NCBI GenBank assembly: GCA_964410735.1
Contig: CAYPIF010000107.1
Coordinates: 6,656-70,655, forward strand
Origin: an uncultured Thermoplasmatales archaeon
GTDB taxonomy: Archaea; Thermoplasmatota; E2; DHVEG-1
DNA length: 64,000 nt
Direction: 5' to 3'
Both the position numbers and the translations under genes were made by a program. The notes under the pieces were generated by a model. It had not been told where the DNA came from and did not search any database. It saw nothing but the letters and a program-made list of their open reading frames with translations. Below, one piece after another: positions 26,995 to 37,317 of this stretch; within the stretch, counting starts at the first letter, position 1, and the number at the start of each line of letters is the position of its first letter.

Positions 26995-28158
26995 GTGATG
27001 AGAGAGGATGGATTAATTAAACTAAGACATATGCTCCATAAATATGCGGAAATATCAGGCAATGAAAAGAAAACATCCACTATCATCATCTCACATCTCA
27101 AAGAATTCCACCCTACAAAAATTGTAACAAATCTCGGAAAAGGATTTGGTGTTGCCGCGGTCTTTGAATCAGGAAACCCAGGCCCAACAATCATGATTCG
27201 TGCAGAGTTGGATGCATTACCGATCAACGAAGAAATAAACCAACCATATCGTAGTTTAACAAAAGGAGTTAGCCACAAGTGTGGCCATGATGGCCATATG
27301 ACAATTCTCTGTGGCGTAGCTAAAAAACTAGATTCTTTAAAGGAAAAATATAATGGAATAGTAGTGTTATTATTCCAACCCTCGGAGGAAACAGCAACCG
27401 GTGCTAGAGATCTGATGGATGATGAGCATTTTCATAAACTAAACCCTGATCTAATCATAGGGTTCCATAACATCCCAAGTTTTCCAATGGGAACGGTTTT
27501 AGTTCGAAAAGACGTATTTTCTATTGCATCTCAAGGGCTCATTGTAAGACTTTATGGCCAAACGTCCCACGCCGGTAACCCTGAGCTTGGAAAAAATCCA
27601 ATGGATGCACTTTTAGACATTGTTGAATCAACAAAAGAAATTTCCAAATCATTCCAAACAACGGATCCTTTCTCATTCATTACTATCATACATTTTAACC
27701 TTGGTGAAATCGCCTTTGGAACAAGTCCTGGAGAAGCTACGTTTATGGCCACATTCCGTAGTTCGAGCGACAAAACGATGGACGAGATGAGTAAAAGGGT
27801 ATTAGAGTCCATTTCAAAGGTGATACCTAAGTATGGCATCAAATGGGATCATAAGTGGGTGGAGATATTCCCCGCTTTGACAAACAGAGGCCCAGGAATC
27901 TCTGAAATTATCAGTAGTGCAAAAAATTTAATGATGCCATTTGAAGAGTTGCCTAGCCCATTCAGCTGGTCGGAAGATTTCTCATATTACCAACAGAGAT
28001 ATACTACTGTTTTCTTTGGTATAGGCTCAGGGAAGCAACAACCATCACTTCATTACAAATCATATGATTTTCCGGATGAACTACTCAACCAAGGCGTGGA
28101 TCTATGCTTTGAGATACTTTGCACTTGTTCAAAACAAATTTGGAGGGCAGATAGATGA
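26995..28158 (+). CDS. M20-family amidohydrolase (aminoacylase/hippurate-hydrolase-type)
   Basis: 387 aa. 'IRAELDALPI', 'HKCGHDGH', 'GQTSHAG' metal and catalytic motifs. Confidence 0.8.
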   Translation: MMREDGLIKLRHMLHKYAEISGNEKKTSTIIISHLKEFHPTKIVTNLGKGFGVAAVFESGNPGPTIMIRAELDALPINEEINQPYRSLTKGVSHKCGHDGHMTILCGVAKKLDSLKEKYNGIVVLLFQPSEETATGARDLMDDEHFHKLNPDLIIGFHNIPSFPMGTVLVRKDVFSIASQGLIVRLYGQTSHAGNPELGKNPMDALLDIVESTKEISKSFQTTDPFSFITIIHFNLGEIAFGTSPGEATFMATFRSSSDKTMDEMSKRVLESISKVIPKYGIKWDHKWVEIFPALTNRGPGISEIISSAKNLMMPFEELPSPFSWSEDFSYYQQRYTTVFFGIGSGKQQPSLHYKSYDFPDELLNQGVDLCFEILCTCSKQIWRADR

Positions 28159-29315
28159 AGTATACTTCGTATATTGAACTAAACCAGAAAGCATTGTCTA
28201 AAAATATACATTATCTACAGATTGTCATCGGCCCCAATGTCAAATTCGTTTCAGTCATCAAAGGTAACGCATATGGCCATGGTATCAAAGCATTTGTTCC
28301 AATGGCTGAAAAATGTGGTATCGACTACTTTGCGGTTTTTGATGTTTTTGAGGCTCAACAAGCATACTGTGTCAAAGAGGAAGATACAAAGGTTATAATC
28401 ATGGGCATGATAGATGAAGAAGATCTCCCATGGGTAATATCAAATAAGTGTTCTTTCTTCGTAAGTAGTCTGAGAACGCTGGAGAAAGCACTCTCTGTTG
28501 CTGAGGTTCTTGACAAGAGAGCAGTGATTCATCTTGAGATTGAAACAGGTCTCCACCGGACAGGATTTGAGGAAAATGAATTGAATCGTGTCGTTAAACT
28601 TCTAAAAATGAAAAGTGATTCGGTCATTATTGAGGGTATATGTACACATCTCGCAGGAGCAGAGAGCATCTCAAATTATGTTCGCATCCATAAACAAATG
28701 GGAATATTCAGAAGGATAAAGGATTGGCTGATAGAACAAGATATCTCAGCGACATATTATCATGTTGCATGTTCCGCTGCAGCTTTGATGTATCCTGAAT
28801 CTCGGATGAACATGGTACGGATGGGAATTGCTCAGTATGGTTTTTGGCCAAGTAATGAAACAAAGATACATAAATTATTATCAGACAACTCTTTGTACAA
28901 GAGAAACCACTTGCACCGAATCTTAACTTGGAAAAGTAAGGTGGGTGGAATCAAGATCGTATCCCCCGGAGAATTTGTAGGCTACGGAAATGAGTATCAG
29001 ACCATGAAAACAACTCGTATTGCAACCATCCCCGTAGGCTATTACCATGGATACAGACGAAGTTTAAGCAACGTTGGACATGTTCTCATTCAAGGAAAAA
29101 AGGCCCCGATCATAGGTATGGTAAACATGAGTATCATGATAACCGATGTTACAAATATTCCTAATGCTTCAAAGGGTGATGAAGTTGTTCTCATTGGAAA
29201 CCAGGGGAATCAAAAAATCAGTGTTGGGTCCTTTTCTGAACGTTTAAACCTCGTGAACTACGAATTACTCTCAAGATTACCAATGCATATTCCTCGATTT
29301 GTTAAACAAGTATGA
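28155..29315 (+). CDS. alr: alanine racemase
   Basis: 386 aa. PLP-Lys motif 'VIKGNAYGHGI'. C-terminal 'GYYHGYRRSLSN' with the catalytic Tyr region. Confidence 0.85.
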   Translation: MKYTSYIELNQKALSKNIHYLQIVIGPNVKFVSVIKGNAYGHGIKAFVPMAEKCGIDYFAVFDVFEAQQAYCVKEEDTKVIIMGMIDEEDLPWVISNKCSFFVSSLRTLEKALSVAEVLDKRAVIHLEIETGLHRTGFEENELNRVVKLLKMKSDSVIIEGICTHLAGAESISNYVRIHKQMGIFRRIKDWLIEQDISATYYHVACSAAALMYPESRMNMVRMGIAQYGFWPSNETKIHKLLSDNSLYKRNHLHRILTWKSKVGGIKIVSPGEFVGYGNEYQTMKTTRIATIPVGYYHGYRRSLSNVGHVLIQGKKAPIIGMVNMSIMITDVTNIPNASKGDEVVLIGNQGNQKISVGSFSERLNLVNYELLSRLPMHIPRFVKQV

Positions 29316-29510
29316 CGCAAAACCTGTAATAAACGATATTTGTTGTCAGAGCCTTTGTCCAGTCAATAAATTACGTGGTTTTTTCCTACTCGGAAAAAAG
29401 ACTGTATTTTGTTTATTAACGACTCTATGCAATTCATCTCATAAGCCAATTTTTTTGATGGTTTGCTCGATTGATCCCTCATTAAAAAAAAATGATATAG
29501 AAATGAGAGA

Positions 29511-29930
29511 TTAGTAGAGTTTAAGACCCATACTGATTCTATCCTCAACCTTAAAACCGTTTTTCTCATAAAACGGGACTATTTCAGAGTTATCTCCTTC
29601 GACCTGCAAGTTCACCTTGAGACATCCGCGCTTTTTTAGCTCTTCAAGAGCTTTTTTTAAAAGAAGTGACCCAACTCCTTTATTCCGGTATTGTTTTTTC
29701 ACCGCCAATGAGTAGATCCATCCTCGGTGTCCATCGAATCCAGCAATGATAGTACCAATGAGTTGTTGTTCATCCGTTGCAATAAAGATAAGACCATCAT
29801 TATGTTTCGTTTTCATATCAATTGAGATACCGGGATCATTGTGAAAATCAGGAAGGTGAAAACTCTCCTCCCAAAGGGAGATAACAGATGCCCGATCCTT
29901 ATCATCATACTCTCTAATGCCCACAATCAT
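29511..29930 (-). CDS. GNAT-family N-acetyltransferase
   Basis: 139 aa. 'YRNKGVGSLLLKKALEEL'. Confidence 0.8.
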   Translation of the reverse strand: MIVGIREYDDKDRASVISLWEESFHLPDFHNDPGISIDMKTKHNDGLIFIATDEQQLIGTIIAGFDGHRGWIYSLAVKKQYRNKGVGSLLLKKALEELKKRGCLKVNLQVEGDNSEIVPFYEKNGFKVEDRISMGLKLY

Positions 29931-30031
29931 CTCAGTGAGTTATATGGTAAAAGATGATTAAAACATTGCCTATTGATATATACGACTAAAAATTTAAAAA
30001 AGATAAGGTTTGATAAACTGATCACGGATTT

Positions 30032-30448
30032 TTACAAATCCGCTTTTATCGGGTTTGGCCCTAACTTTCTGATATCCTCTGTCATATCATTAATAAGGTC
30101 TGCATACTTTTTCCCCTCGGATGCTGAGACATATTCAAATCGTACCCGTTCAGGTTCCAATCCGAACTCGGCTAACATCTTCTTCAAGAGTTTCATCCGC
30201 CTATTTGCCTTATAATTTCCTGATTGATAATGACAATCACCTGGATGGCAACCAGCTACAAGCACACCATCAGCCCCTTTTTTCAAAGCCTCAAGAATGT
30301 AAACAGGGTCAACCCTCCCTGAACACATGACACGGATGGTCTTGATATTCGCAGGGTATTTCATCCTACTGGTACCGGCAAGGTCCGCTCCAGCATAGGA
30401 ACACCAGTTGCATAAAAACCCAATAATATTTGGTTCGAATTCACTCAT
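30032..30448 (-). CDS. mvhD: methyl-viologen-reducing hydrogenase delta subunit (MvhD)
   Basis: 138 aa. 'FLCNWCSYAGADLAG...CSGRVDP...AGCHPGDCHY' is the MvhD/FlpD fold. Confidence 0.85.
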   Translation of the reverse strand: MSEFEPNIIGFLCNWCSYAGADLAGTSRMKYPANIKTIRVMCSGRVDPVYILEALKKGADGVLVAGCHPGDCHYQSGNYKANRRMKLLKKMLAEFGLEPERVRFEYVSASEGKKYADLINDMTEDIRKLGPNPIKADL

Positions 30449-30969
30449 ATCTGTTTCACCTCATTTTTTATACGAAATTTTTCCATGGACACGTTTTCAA
30501 TCTTTTTATTTAAAGAGAGCTCAGAGAGGATCATCTGTACAGCTTTTGGAACTACCTTTTGAATCTCAGAACTTAGCGATTCATTGAACTCTGTTGGTAT
30601 CGTTTTAAGATTAACTCCAATGATGATGATGTTCTCCGGTATCTGATCATCACCGATCTTTTTTGAAAGATCAATTGCTTCCATAAGCGTAACATCATGA
30701 GGATTACATGAATGAACCGTTTCGATCTCTTTTATATTAAACCGTCTGATAGATCCCGGAGGTACCCCATTCATACAGACCGCATCGACTAGTATTGCAC
30801 GGTCATAACCTCGCATGAAATCTAAGAGATTCATCCCACCTGTTTGCGCTTCCTCAATGATTACGTTTGATGTTTCATTGACCCTTTGTTTGAGTTCCCT
30901 AACAATGTGGATACCTGCTCCATCATCACCAAGGATAGGATTTCCAATTCCAAGGATAATTGTTTTCAT
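30445..30969 (-). CDS. [NiFe]-hydrogenase maturation endopeptidase (HycI/HoxM family)
   Basis: 'ILGIGNPILGDDGAG' and 'DAV' motifs. The ORF track start (31113) lies inside mvhA, so 'MKTIILGIGN' at 30969 is preferred. Confidence 0.8.
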   Translation of the reverse strand: MKTIILGIGNPILGDDGAGIHIVRELKQRVNETSNVIIEEAQTGGMNLLDFMRGYDRAILVDAVCMNGVPPGSIRRFNIKEIETVHSCNPHDVTLMEAIDLSKKIGDDQIPENIIIIGVNLKTIPTEFNESLSSEIQKVVPKAVQMILSELSLNKKIENVSMEKFRIKNEVKQI

Positions 30970-30985
30970 GACTATAATATCACTC

Positions 30986-32440
30986 TTATTGTGTAAATGT
31001 CTTATACGGTTGTTTGTTGCTATTATAGATGTCAATTTGCATGGGCATCCCACCAGGTATCGAATGAGTCGCACACGCAAAACATGGATCATATGCACGG
31101 AACGCCATCTCAACCTTGTTCAGGATTCCATCATCGACCTTACCCTCTGAAATGATACCTTTTGCTGCATCTCGTACGCTCATTGTTATGGCACCAGCAT
31201 TGTTTGTTGTCGCAACGATAAGATTTGCTTTTTCAATGAGTCCTTTCTTATCAAGTTTATAATGATGTATCAAGGTTCCTCGTGCTGCCTCAGTGACCCC
31301 AAACCCTTCGCCTGGTTCTCCAACAGGATTTCTGATATCTTGAGAGGTTATTTCGGGATCTTTGATAAGTTCCATGCTCCGCTCAGTAGCATAAAGTAGT
31401 TCGATCAATCGTGCCCAATGATAAGCAAGGGTTGAGTTCACTGGTTTGCCACCAAGTGTCTTGAACATCGCCTTGTATTCTTTATCTGCTAAGGGGGTTG
31501 CCATGCCATCCGATGCGTTCAAACGGCCGAGTGGCCCAACCCGATAGATACCGCTTTTCTCACCATCGGTCAACCCATTCCAGCCGATATCCTTGAGATA
31601 AGGATATTTCATATAACTCCATTCCTCGACCCGTTCAGCAACAATTTTGTGATAATCCTGAACATCAAATTTCACATGCTCCTTACCTTTTTGATCGGTA
31701 ACACGTATCAGCCCATCATAGAAATTCACTTTATTGTTCCCATCAACCAGACCCATGTTGTACGTATTGAGTTGATACGGGTCACTTTTGATGAGGTCAA
31801 CATACTCATTATTTCCAAGGACAAGGTCATGGAAGAGTTTCAGAGAGAACTGCGCAAAACCAACACATGATTTTGCCATTTCCTCAATATTTATGACCTC
31901 TTCATCATTCAATCCTTTAGAAACACCCCCTGGAAGCCCACAGACTGGATGAGTTGCTTTGCCTCCAAGGATACCGGTGATCCGTTGGCCATATGCTCGA
32001 TGTTTAATGACCTCTTTTCCAATATCAACTCCTGCTTTCTCGATGACACCAAGAACATTTCGTTTTGCTGGTGGCGCATCAGGCCCTACAACAAAATCAG
32101 GACCTCCAAGATAGTAAAAATGAAGGATGTGATCATAGATGAAATATCCACAGTACATGAGTTCCCGTAGTTTCTTTGCCGCATTGGTCGGTTCGACATT
32201 GAATGCATCATCCAATGCTTTGGTACTGGCAAAATGATGAGCAACAGGACATACACCGCAGATACGACTGGTTATCTGAGGCATGTCCTCAGCTCTTCTT
32301 CCCTGCGCGAATCGTTCAAACCCTCGAAGTTCAGGGATCTGTAGATATGCATTCTCAACGTTTCCTGCATCATTTAAAAAAATATTGATCTTTCCATGAC
32401 CTTCAAGCCGGGTGATCGGATCTATTGTTATAGTCTTCAT
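30986..32440 (-). CDS. mvhA: [NiFe]-hydrogenase large subunit, F420-non-reducing (MvhA-type)
   Basis: 484 aa. N-terminal 'RLEGHG' and 'CGVCPVAHH'. C-terminal 'DPCFACATH' Ni-binding motifs, all Cys with no in-frame TGA. Confidence 0.9.
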   Translation of the reverse strand: MKTITIDPITRLEGHGKINIFLNDAGNVENAYLQIPELRGFERFAQGRRAEDMPQITSRICGVCPVAHHFASTKALDDAFNVEPTNAAKKLRELMYCGYFIYDHILHFYYLGGPDFVVGPDAPPAKRNVLGVIEKAGVDIGKEVIKHRAYGQRITGILGGKATHPVCGLPGGVSKGLNDEEVINIEEMAKSCVGFAQFSLKLFHDLVLGNNEYVDLIKSDPYQLNTYNMGLVDGNNKVNFYDGLIRVTDQKGKEHVKFDVQDYHKIVAERVEEWSYMKYPYLKDIGWNGLTDGEKSGIYRVGPLGRLNASDGMATPLADKEYKAMFKTLGGKPVNSTLAYHWARLIELLYATERSMELIKDPEITSQDIRNPVGEPGEGFGVTEAARGTLIHHYKLDKKGLIEKANLIVATTNNAGAITMSVRDAAKGIISEGKVDDGILNKVEMAFRAYDPCFACATHSIPGGMPMQIDIYNSNKQPYKTFTQ

Positions 32441-33438
32441 TCCCGTATCACCTTCCGGTTTATGATTGAGGTAGGTAACGTATATTTGTAAAATGTTCCA
32501 AGTGGGTCTACGATATCCTCAATGAGCTTATCAACATCCTCATCGCTCATCCCTTCCTCACCCTCAACACCAAGGATCGCTGCAAGACTTGATATCATCT
32601 TTCCGCCTTGCTCAAGACTATTTGGTGTGGGCCCACCACAACCGGTACAAGGCATATTCGCATCAAGACATCGTGCATCACAGCCCCCACGTGTTGCAGG
32701 TCCCATACAGATGATCCCTTGTTCCAGGAGACATTTTTCCTCGATATGATCAACCTCGTAAACACGTCGAATCTTGGTAATTTTCTTTTCAGTTTTTTCA
32801 AATCGACATTCATCACAGACAGATTTCAAGGGACCGATGACGGATCCTTTTGGTGGAAGTCTATTCTCAACGATTGCGTTGACCGCGGTCATGATCTGAT
32901 CGGGTGTCGGTGGACATCCATGAAGATAATAGTCGACCTCAACAGTTTGATCAAGACTTTTTACAGTATCAAAAAAATCCGGAAGGCTCAATTCTCCTTC
33001 TTTGACCTTACTTTTTGTCTTCGGTGTGACTTTCTCGGCATTCTCCGTCGATGGGTTATCAAGATATGCCACATCGAATATCTCTTTTTTATTGGCAATA
33101 TTCGCAAGGCCAGGGATGCCACCATGTACTGCACATGCACCGAATGCGACAAGGATCTTTGATTTTTTCCGTAAGAGGAATGCCATGTTTTCCTGTTCCT
33201 CTGTTCGGATAGCCCCATTGAAAAAACAGACATCGATATGATGATCATCCATTTCTTCAACATCTTTGTACTTTGTATCAAGTGCCACTGGCCAGAAAAG
33301 GATTTCCGCTATCGCTGCAACATCAAGGATTTTTTCGTCGATATCGAGTACGGCAATCTCGCAACCACCGCAACTAGCTGCCCAATAAAAAGCAATATTC
33401 ATTTTTTTATTCTGAGAAGACAGGTTTTTTTTAACCAT
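32437..33438 (-). CDS. mvhG: [NiFe]-hydrogenase small subunit (MvhG-type)
   Basis: 333 aa. Proximal-cluster 'SCGGCE' with further Cys clusters. Overlaps the mvhA start. Confidence 0.8.
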   Translation of the reverse strand: MVKKNLSSQNKKMNIAFYWAASCGGCEIAVLDIDEKILDVAAIAEILFWPVALDTKYKDVEEMDDHHIDVCFFNGAIRTEEQENMAFLLRKKSKILVAFGACAVHGGIPGLANIANKKEIFDVAYLDNPSTENAEKVTPKTKSKVKEGELSLPDFFDTVKSLDQTVEVDYYLHGCPPTPDQIMTAVNAIVENRLPPKGSVIGPLKSVCDECRFEKTEKKITKIRRVYEVDHIEEKCLLEQGIICMGPATRGGCDARCLDANMPCTGCGGPTPNSLEQGGKMISSLAAILGVEGEEGMSDEDVDKLIEDIVDPLGTFYKYTLPTSIINRKVIRE

Positions 33439-33612
33439 ACGTACTCTCCAGTATCAATTGGAAATGCAGCACGTTTTATAATATCTTCCCTAAGATTATC
33501 GACAATATCTGATATATTCTCCCAAAAGGCCAAATCTCTTTAAATAATAATCAAAGAACAGTCATAGAATAGGTACACATATGTTTAAAAATCATAATCA
33601 TTTTCATCTCAT

Positions 33613-34404
33613 TTGATATATATGAACTATGAGACAGTTACAACGGAAACAAAGGATCATTGCATGTACATTACCCTCTGCAGACCAGAGAGGTTAAATG
33701 CTTTTGACATTAAACTAGGGATGGAACTTGGTGAGGTTCTTGAACATGCTTCAAAGGATCAAACGGTAAAAGCCGTTGTAATGAAGGGAACAGGAAAAGG
33801 GTTCTGCGGTGGTGGAGATGTCAAAGAGATGCATACTGCAAAGGATAAACCAGCATTCCTTCGAGAATTAACCAAAGTCATCCATCGATGCGTCATTGCT
33901 ATGAGAACAATGGAAAAACCGGTCATCGCAGCGGTCAATGGAGCCTCATTTGGAGCTGGATTTTCGCTTGCATTAGCCGCTGATATCATCATTGCCTCGG
34001 AAAATGCTACGTTTGGAACAGCATTCATAGGAATCGGTCTTGCCCCTGGTTGCGGTACGCAATTGTTCACACAGCTTGTCGGGTATCAAAAAGCATGCGA
34101 ATACATCTTAACCTCAAAATCATTCTCTGCAAAAGAAGCAGAAAAATTAGGAGTCATAAACAAGATCGTTGAAGAGGCAGAGTTAGATTCAACTGTCGAA
34201 TCATTTGTAGATATCTTTCGAAGATCACCCACCATTGCAGTAGGCAAGGCAAAAGTTCTGATCAATAAAAGCCTTGACAATAATTTTATCAATCATTTGG
34301 AACTTGAAAGTATCACCGCAGCATATACCGCTGGAACAAATGATTTCTCAGAAGGCGTGCAAGCATTTACTGAAAAACGTAAACCAACCTTTTCAGGAAC
34401 CTAA
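33613..34404 (+). CDS. enoyl-CoA hydratase/isomerase (crotonase)
   Basis: 263 aa. 'LNAFD', 'GGGDV', 'GASFGAGFSLALAADI'. Confidence 0.85.
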   Translation: MIYMNYETVTTETKDHCMYITLCRPERLNAFDIKLGMELGEVLEHASKDQTVKAVVMKGTGKGFCGGGDVKEMHTAKDKPAFLRELTKVIHRCVIAMRTMEKPVIAAVNGASFGAGFSLALAADIIIASENATFGTAFIGIGLAPGCGTQLFTQLVGYQKACEYILTSKSFSAKEAEKLGVINKIVEEAELDSTVESFVDIFRRSPTIAVGKAKVLINKSLDNNFINHLELESITAAYTAGTNDFSEGVQAFTEKRKPTFSGT

Positions 34405-34514
34405 TTTTTATCGGCAATTCATGTAAATTTTTTGAGAAAACTTTATGTATTTTACCTAATATGGAAGGGCAACTACGAAAGAAAAGATGGACAAATACAC
34501 CCTGGTGAATAGAT

Positions 34515-35300
34515 ATGGACTACACAACAATTCAAATCGAAAAGGATCAGGATGTTGCAACAATCTATCTCAATAGACCTGATGTACATAACGCGATGGA
34601 TGAAACGTTAATGAGAGAGCTTACCGATTGTTTTACAAAATTGGATAACGATATTGATATCAGGATAATTATTTTAACAGGGAACGGGAAATCATTCTGC
34701 GCTGGTGCAGATCTTAAATGGATGAAAAGCATGGTACACTATTCAAAGGAAGAAAACATCAGAGACAGTCGGTTGCTCCTAGACCTTTATGAGTCGATTT
34801 ACCATTGTGATAAACCAACGATTGCACGAGTAAATGGACATGCATTCGGAGGAGGAATTGGGTTATTTGCCGCATGCGATATTGTTGTTGCTGTTCCTGA
34901 ATGTAAATTTGCATTCAGCGAGGCAAAACTTGGTATCATCCCTTCCGTTATATCTACCTATATCCTTCGTAGAGCCCATTCGTTATCACAGGTCAGACGC
35001 CTGTTCATAACTGGTGAGCGGTTTTCCTCAGAATATGGTGAAAAAATAGGTTTGATTGATTATGTTGTTAACTTTGAGGAGATCGATACCTTTATTCAAA
35101 AATACATTACAATCATTCAATCATCAGGACCAAAGGCGATAACTGAAGTGAAAGGATTATTATATGCGTATGAGACCCATCCAAAAGAGAAATATAAAGA
35201 ATATACTGTTAACAAGATATCTGAATTACGAGTATCAGAGGAAGGGCAAGAAGGAATCAACGCATTTTTGGAAAAACGAAAAGCAAGGTGGTGTGAATAA
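34515..35300 (+). CDS. enoyl-CoA hydratase (crotonase; methylglutaconyl-CoA-hydratase-like)
   Basis: 261 aa. 'FCAGADLKWM', 'GHAFGGGIGLFAACDI'. Confidence 0.85.
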   Translation: MDYTTIQIEKDQDVATIYLNRPDVHNAMDETLMRELTDCFTKLDNDIDIRIIILTGNGKSFCAGADLKWMKSMVHYSKEENIRDSRLLLDLYESIYHCDKPTIARVNGHAFGGGIGLFAACDIVVAVPECKFAFSEAKLGIIPSVISTYILRRAHSLSQVRRLFITGERFSSEYGEKIGLIDYVVNFEEIDTFIQKYITIIQSSGPKAITEVKGLLYAYETHPKEKYKEYTVNKISELRVSEEGQEGINAFLEKRKARWCE

Positions 35301-35303
35301 ACG

Positions 35304-36806
35304 ATGTTTCAGAAAATATTGATCGCAAATCGTGGTGAGATCGCCGTTAGGATCATCAAAGCCTGCCAGGAACTTGGCATAAAAACCGTTACCATCTATT
35401 CAGACGTTGACATGAAATCTCCTCATGTCCTTCTTGCTGATGAGGCAGTGAACCTCGGAGACCCAACACCAGTGGAAAGCTATCTAAATATACCAAAGAT
35501 CATCAAGGTGGCCCAGGCAAAAAAATGTGAAGCTATCCATCCTGGATATGGTTTCCTTGCTGAAAACCCGGATTTTGCTGAAACCTGTAACAAAGCAGGA
35601 ATAAAATTTATTGGACCCTCCCCCAAGGTCATCGGTCTTATGGGGGATAAGATCGCTGCGAAGATAACAATGGAAAAGGCTGGTGTCCCAGTCATTCCAG
35701 GATATCATGGCCCCAGTCAAGATAATGACACATTAGTGAAAGAAGGAAAGAAGATTGGTTTTCCCCTTCTTGTCAAAGCTGCAGCTGGTGGCGGCGGAAA
35801 GGGCATGCGGATTGTTAAATCCGAAAATACACTCCTTGAATCAATTGAAAGTGCAAAACGTGAATCAAAATCCTCTTTTGGAAATGACACCGTTTTTCTT
35901 GAACGATATCTTGAAAAACCTCGTCATATCGAATTTCAGATCCTTGGTGATGAACATGGGAACATTATCCATCTTTTTGAAAGGGAATGTTCCATTCAAC
36001 GCAGACATCAGAAGATCATTGAAGAATCACCTTCGCCAGTAATGACTCCTGAACTCAGAGAGAAAATGGGTAAAGCCGCAGTTACTGCAGCAAAAGCCGT
36101 CGGGTATACGAATGCGGGAACAGTAGAGTTCATGGTCGATGGTTCTCTAAATTATTATTTCATGGAGATGAATACTCGATTACAAGTTGAACATCCTATA
36201 ACAGAGTTAACAACGGGTATCGACCTTGCAAAATGGCAACTTCGTATCGCAAGCGGGGAAAAACTCACCCTAAAACAAAAGGATGTGTTTCAACGGGGTC
36301 ATGCTATTGAATGCCGTATCTATGCAGAGGATCCAAAGAATGGTTTCCTCCCCAGTGTTGGCACCTTATTAAAACTTGAGGAACCGACTGGTCCAAACAT
36401 CAGGGTTGACTCAGGCATCCTCGCAAACAATCAGATCTCACCCTATTATGATCCCATGTTATCAAAATTGATCACCTATGCGGAGAACAGGGAGGATTGC
36501 ATACATAAGATGACCTGGGCATTATCACATTATGTGGTCCTCGGGGTCACATCTAATATCTCATTTTCAAATGAGGTCCTTAAACATAAAGAATTCCAAA
36601 AAGGGAATACCACAACACATTTCATTGATAATTATTTCAAAGAATGGACTGTTTCAAAGAAAACATTGCCAGTTGATGCACTGATAGCTCTAGCAGTGTA
36701 TGATTCAATGCATTCGAAAAAAGAGGAAATCGTTAGATACAAAGAAGCTGACCCACATTCCCCTTGGAAACATGTGGGAAGATGGCGTGTGAGCGGAGGT
36801 GAATGA
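35304..36806 (+). CDS. biotin carboxylase subunit of an acyl-CoA carboxylase
   Basis: 500 aa. ATP-grasp 'GGGGKGMRIV', 'EMNTRLQVEHPITE'. No BCCP domain. Confidence 0.9.
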   Translation: MFQKILIANRGEIAVRIIKACQELGIKTVTIYSDVDMKSPHVLLADEAVNLGDPTPVESYLNIPKIIKVAQAKKCEAIHPGYGFLAENPDFAETCNKAGIKFIGPSPKVIGLMGDKIAAKITMEKAGVPVIPGYHGPSQDNDTLVKEGKKIGFPLLVKAAAGGGGKGMRIVKSENTLLESIESAKRESKSSFGNDTVFLERYLEKPRHIEFQILGDEHGNIIHLFERECSIQRRHQKIIEESPSPVMTPELREKMGKAAVTAAKAVGYTNAGTVEFMVDGSLNYYFMEMNTRLQVEHPITELTTGIDLAKWQLRIASGEKLTLKQKDVFQRGHAIECRIYAEDPKNGFLPSVGTLLKLEEPTGPNIRVDSGILANNQISPYYDPMLSKLITYAENREDCIHKMTWALSHYVVLGVTSNISFSNEVLKHKEFQKGNTTTHFIDNYFKEWTVSKKTLPVDALIALAVYDSMHSKKEEIVRYKEADPHSPWKHVGRWRVSGGE

Positions 36807-36810
36807 TCCT

Positions 36811-37305
36811 ATGTTTATTAATTATGAGCACGAAAATCATGTCTATAAAGTGACCATTGAGCGAAGAAATGACAATTTTTTTGTCACCTATGATAACACA
36901 GAGTACAAGGTTACCGCTGAGGAAATCGAACAGGGACATTTGAAGATAAAGGTTGGAGACCGGGTCATTAAATCTGTTGTCACCGAAGGGGAAAAGGAGA
37001 AATTCGTTTTCATTGACGGCAGTGTGTTTAAGGTCAAACCTGTGGAGCTCACCGGTCGAACGAAAAAAAGGAAGAAAGAGGCTGGAGAGAGCGACCTTGA
37101 CTCACCAATCTCAGGTAAAATCGTTCAGGTCAAAGTAAAGAAAGGTGATACCGTAAAGAAAGGCGATGTCCTCATCGTCATCGAAGCTATGAAGATGGAA
37201 TATCTGATACGTTCACCATTCAATGGTAATGTAGCAAAAATTCATTTCAAAGAAAATGATCAGATAGAAATCGGTCAAAAAACCGTGGATATCACAAAAA
37301 AATAA
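36811..37305 (+). CDS. biotin carboxyl carrier protein (biotinyl domain)
   Basis: Biotinylation motif 'IEAMKMEY'. GGAGG at 36795-36799 favours ATG 36811 over the track's GTG at 36799. Confidence 0.8.
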   Translation: MFINYEHENHVYKVTIERRNDNFFVTYDNTEYKVTAEEIEQGHLKIKVGDRVIKSVVTEGEKEKFVFIDGSVFKVKPVELTGRTKKRKKEAGESDLDSPISGKIVQVKVKKGDTVKKGDVLIVIEAMKMEYLIRSPFNGNVAKIHFKENDQIEIGQKTVDITKK

Positions 37306-37317
37306 GGAGATGGAATC

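Noticed and set aside
29299-29514. 71-aa plus-strand ORF in the alr-GNAT intergenic region.
   Set aside because: No RBS and a Cys/Leu-rich low-complexity translation. It lies in an AT-rich convergent intergenic spacer and is probably non-coding.
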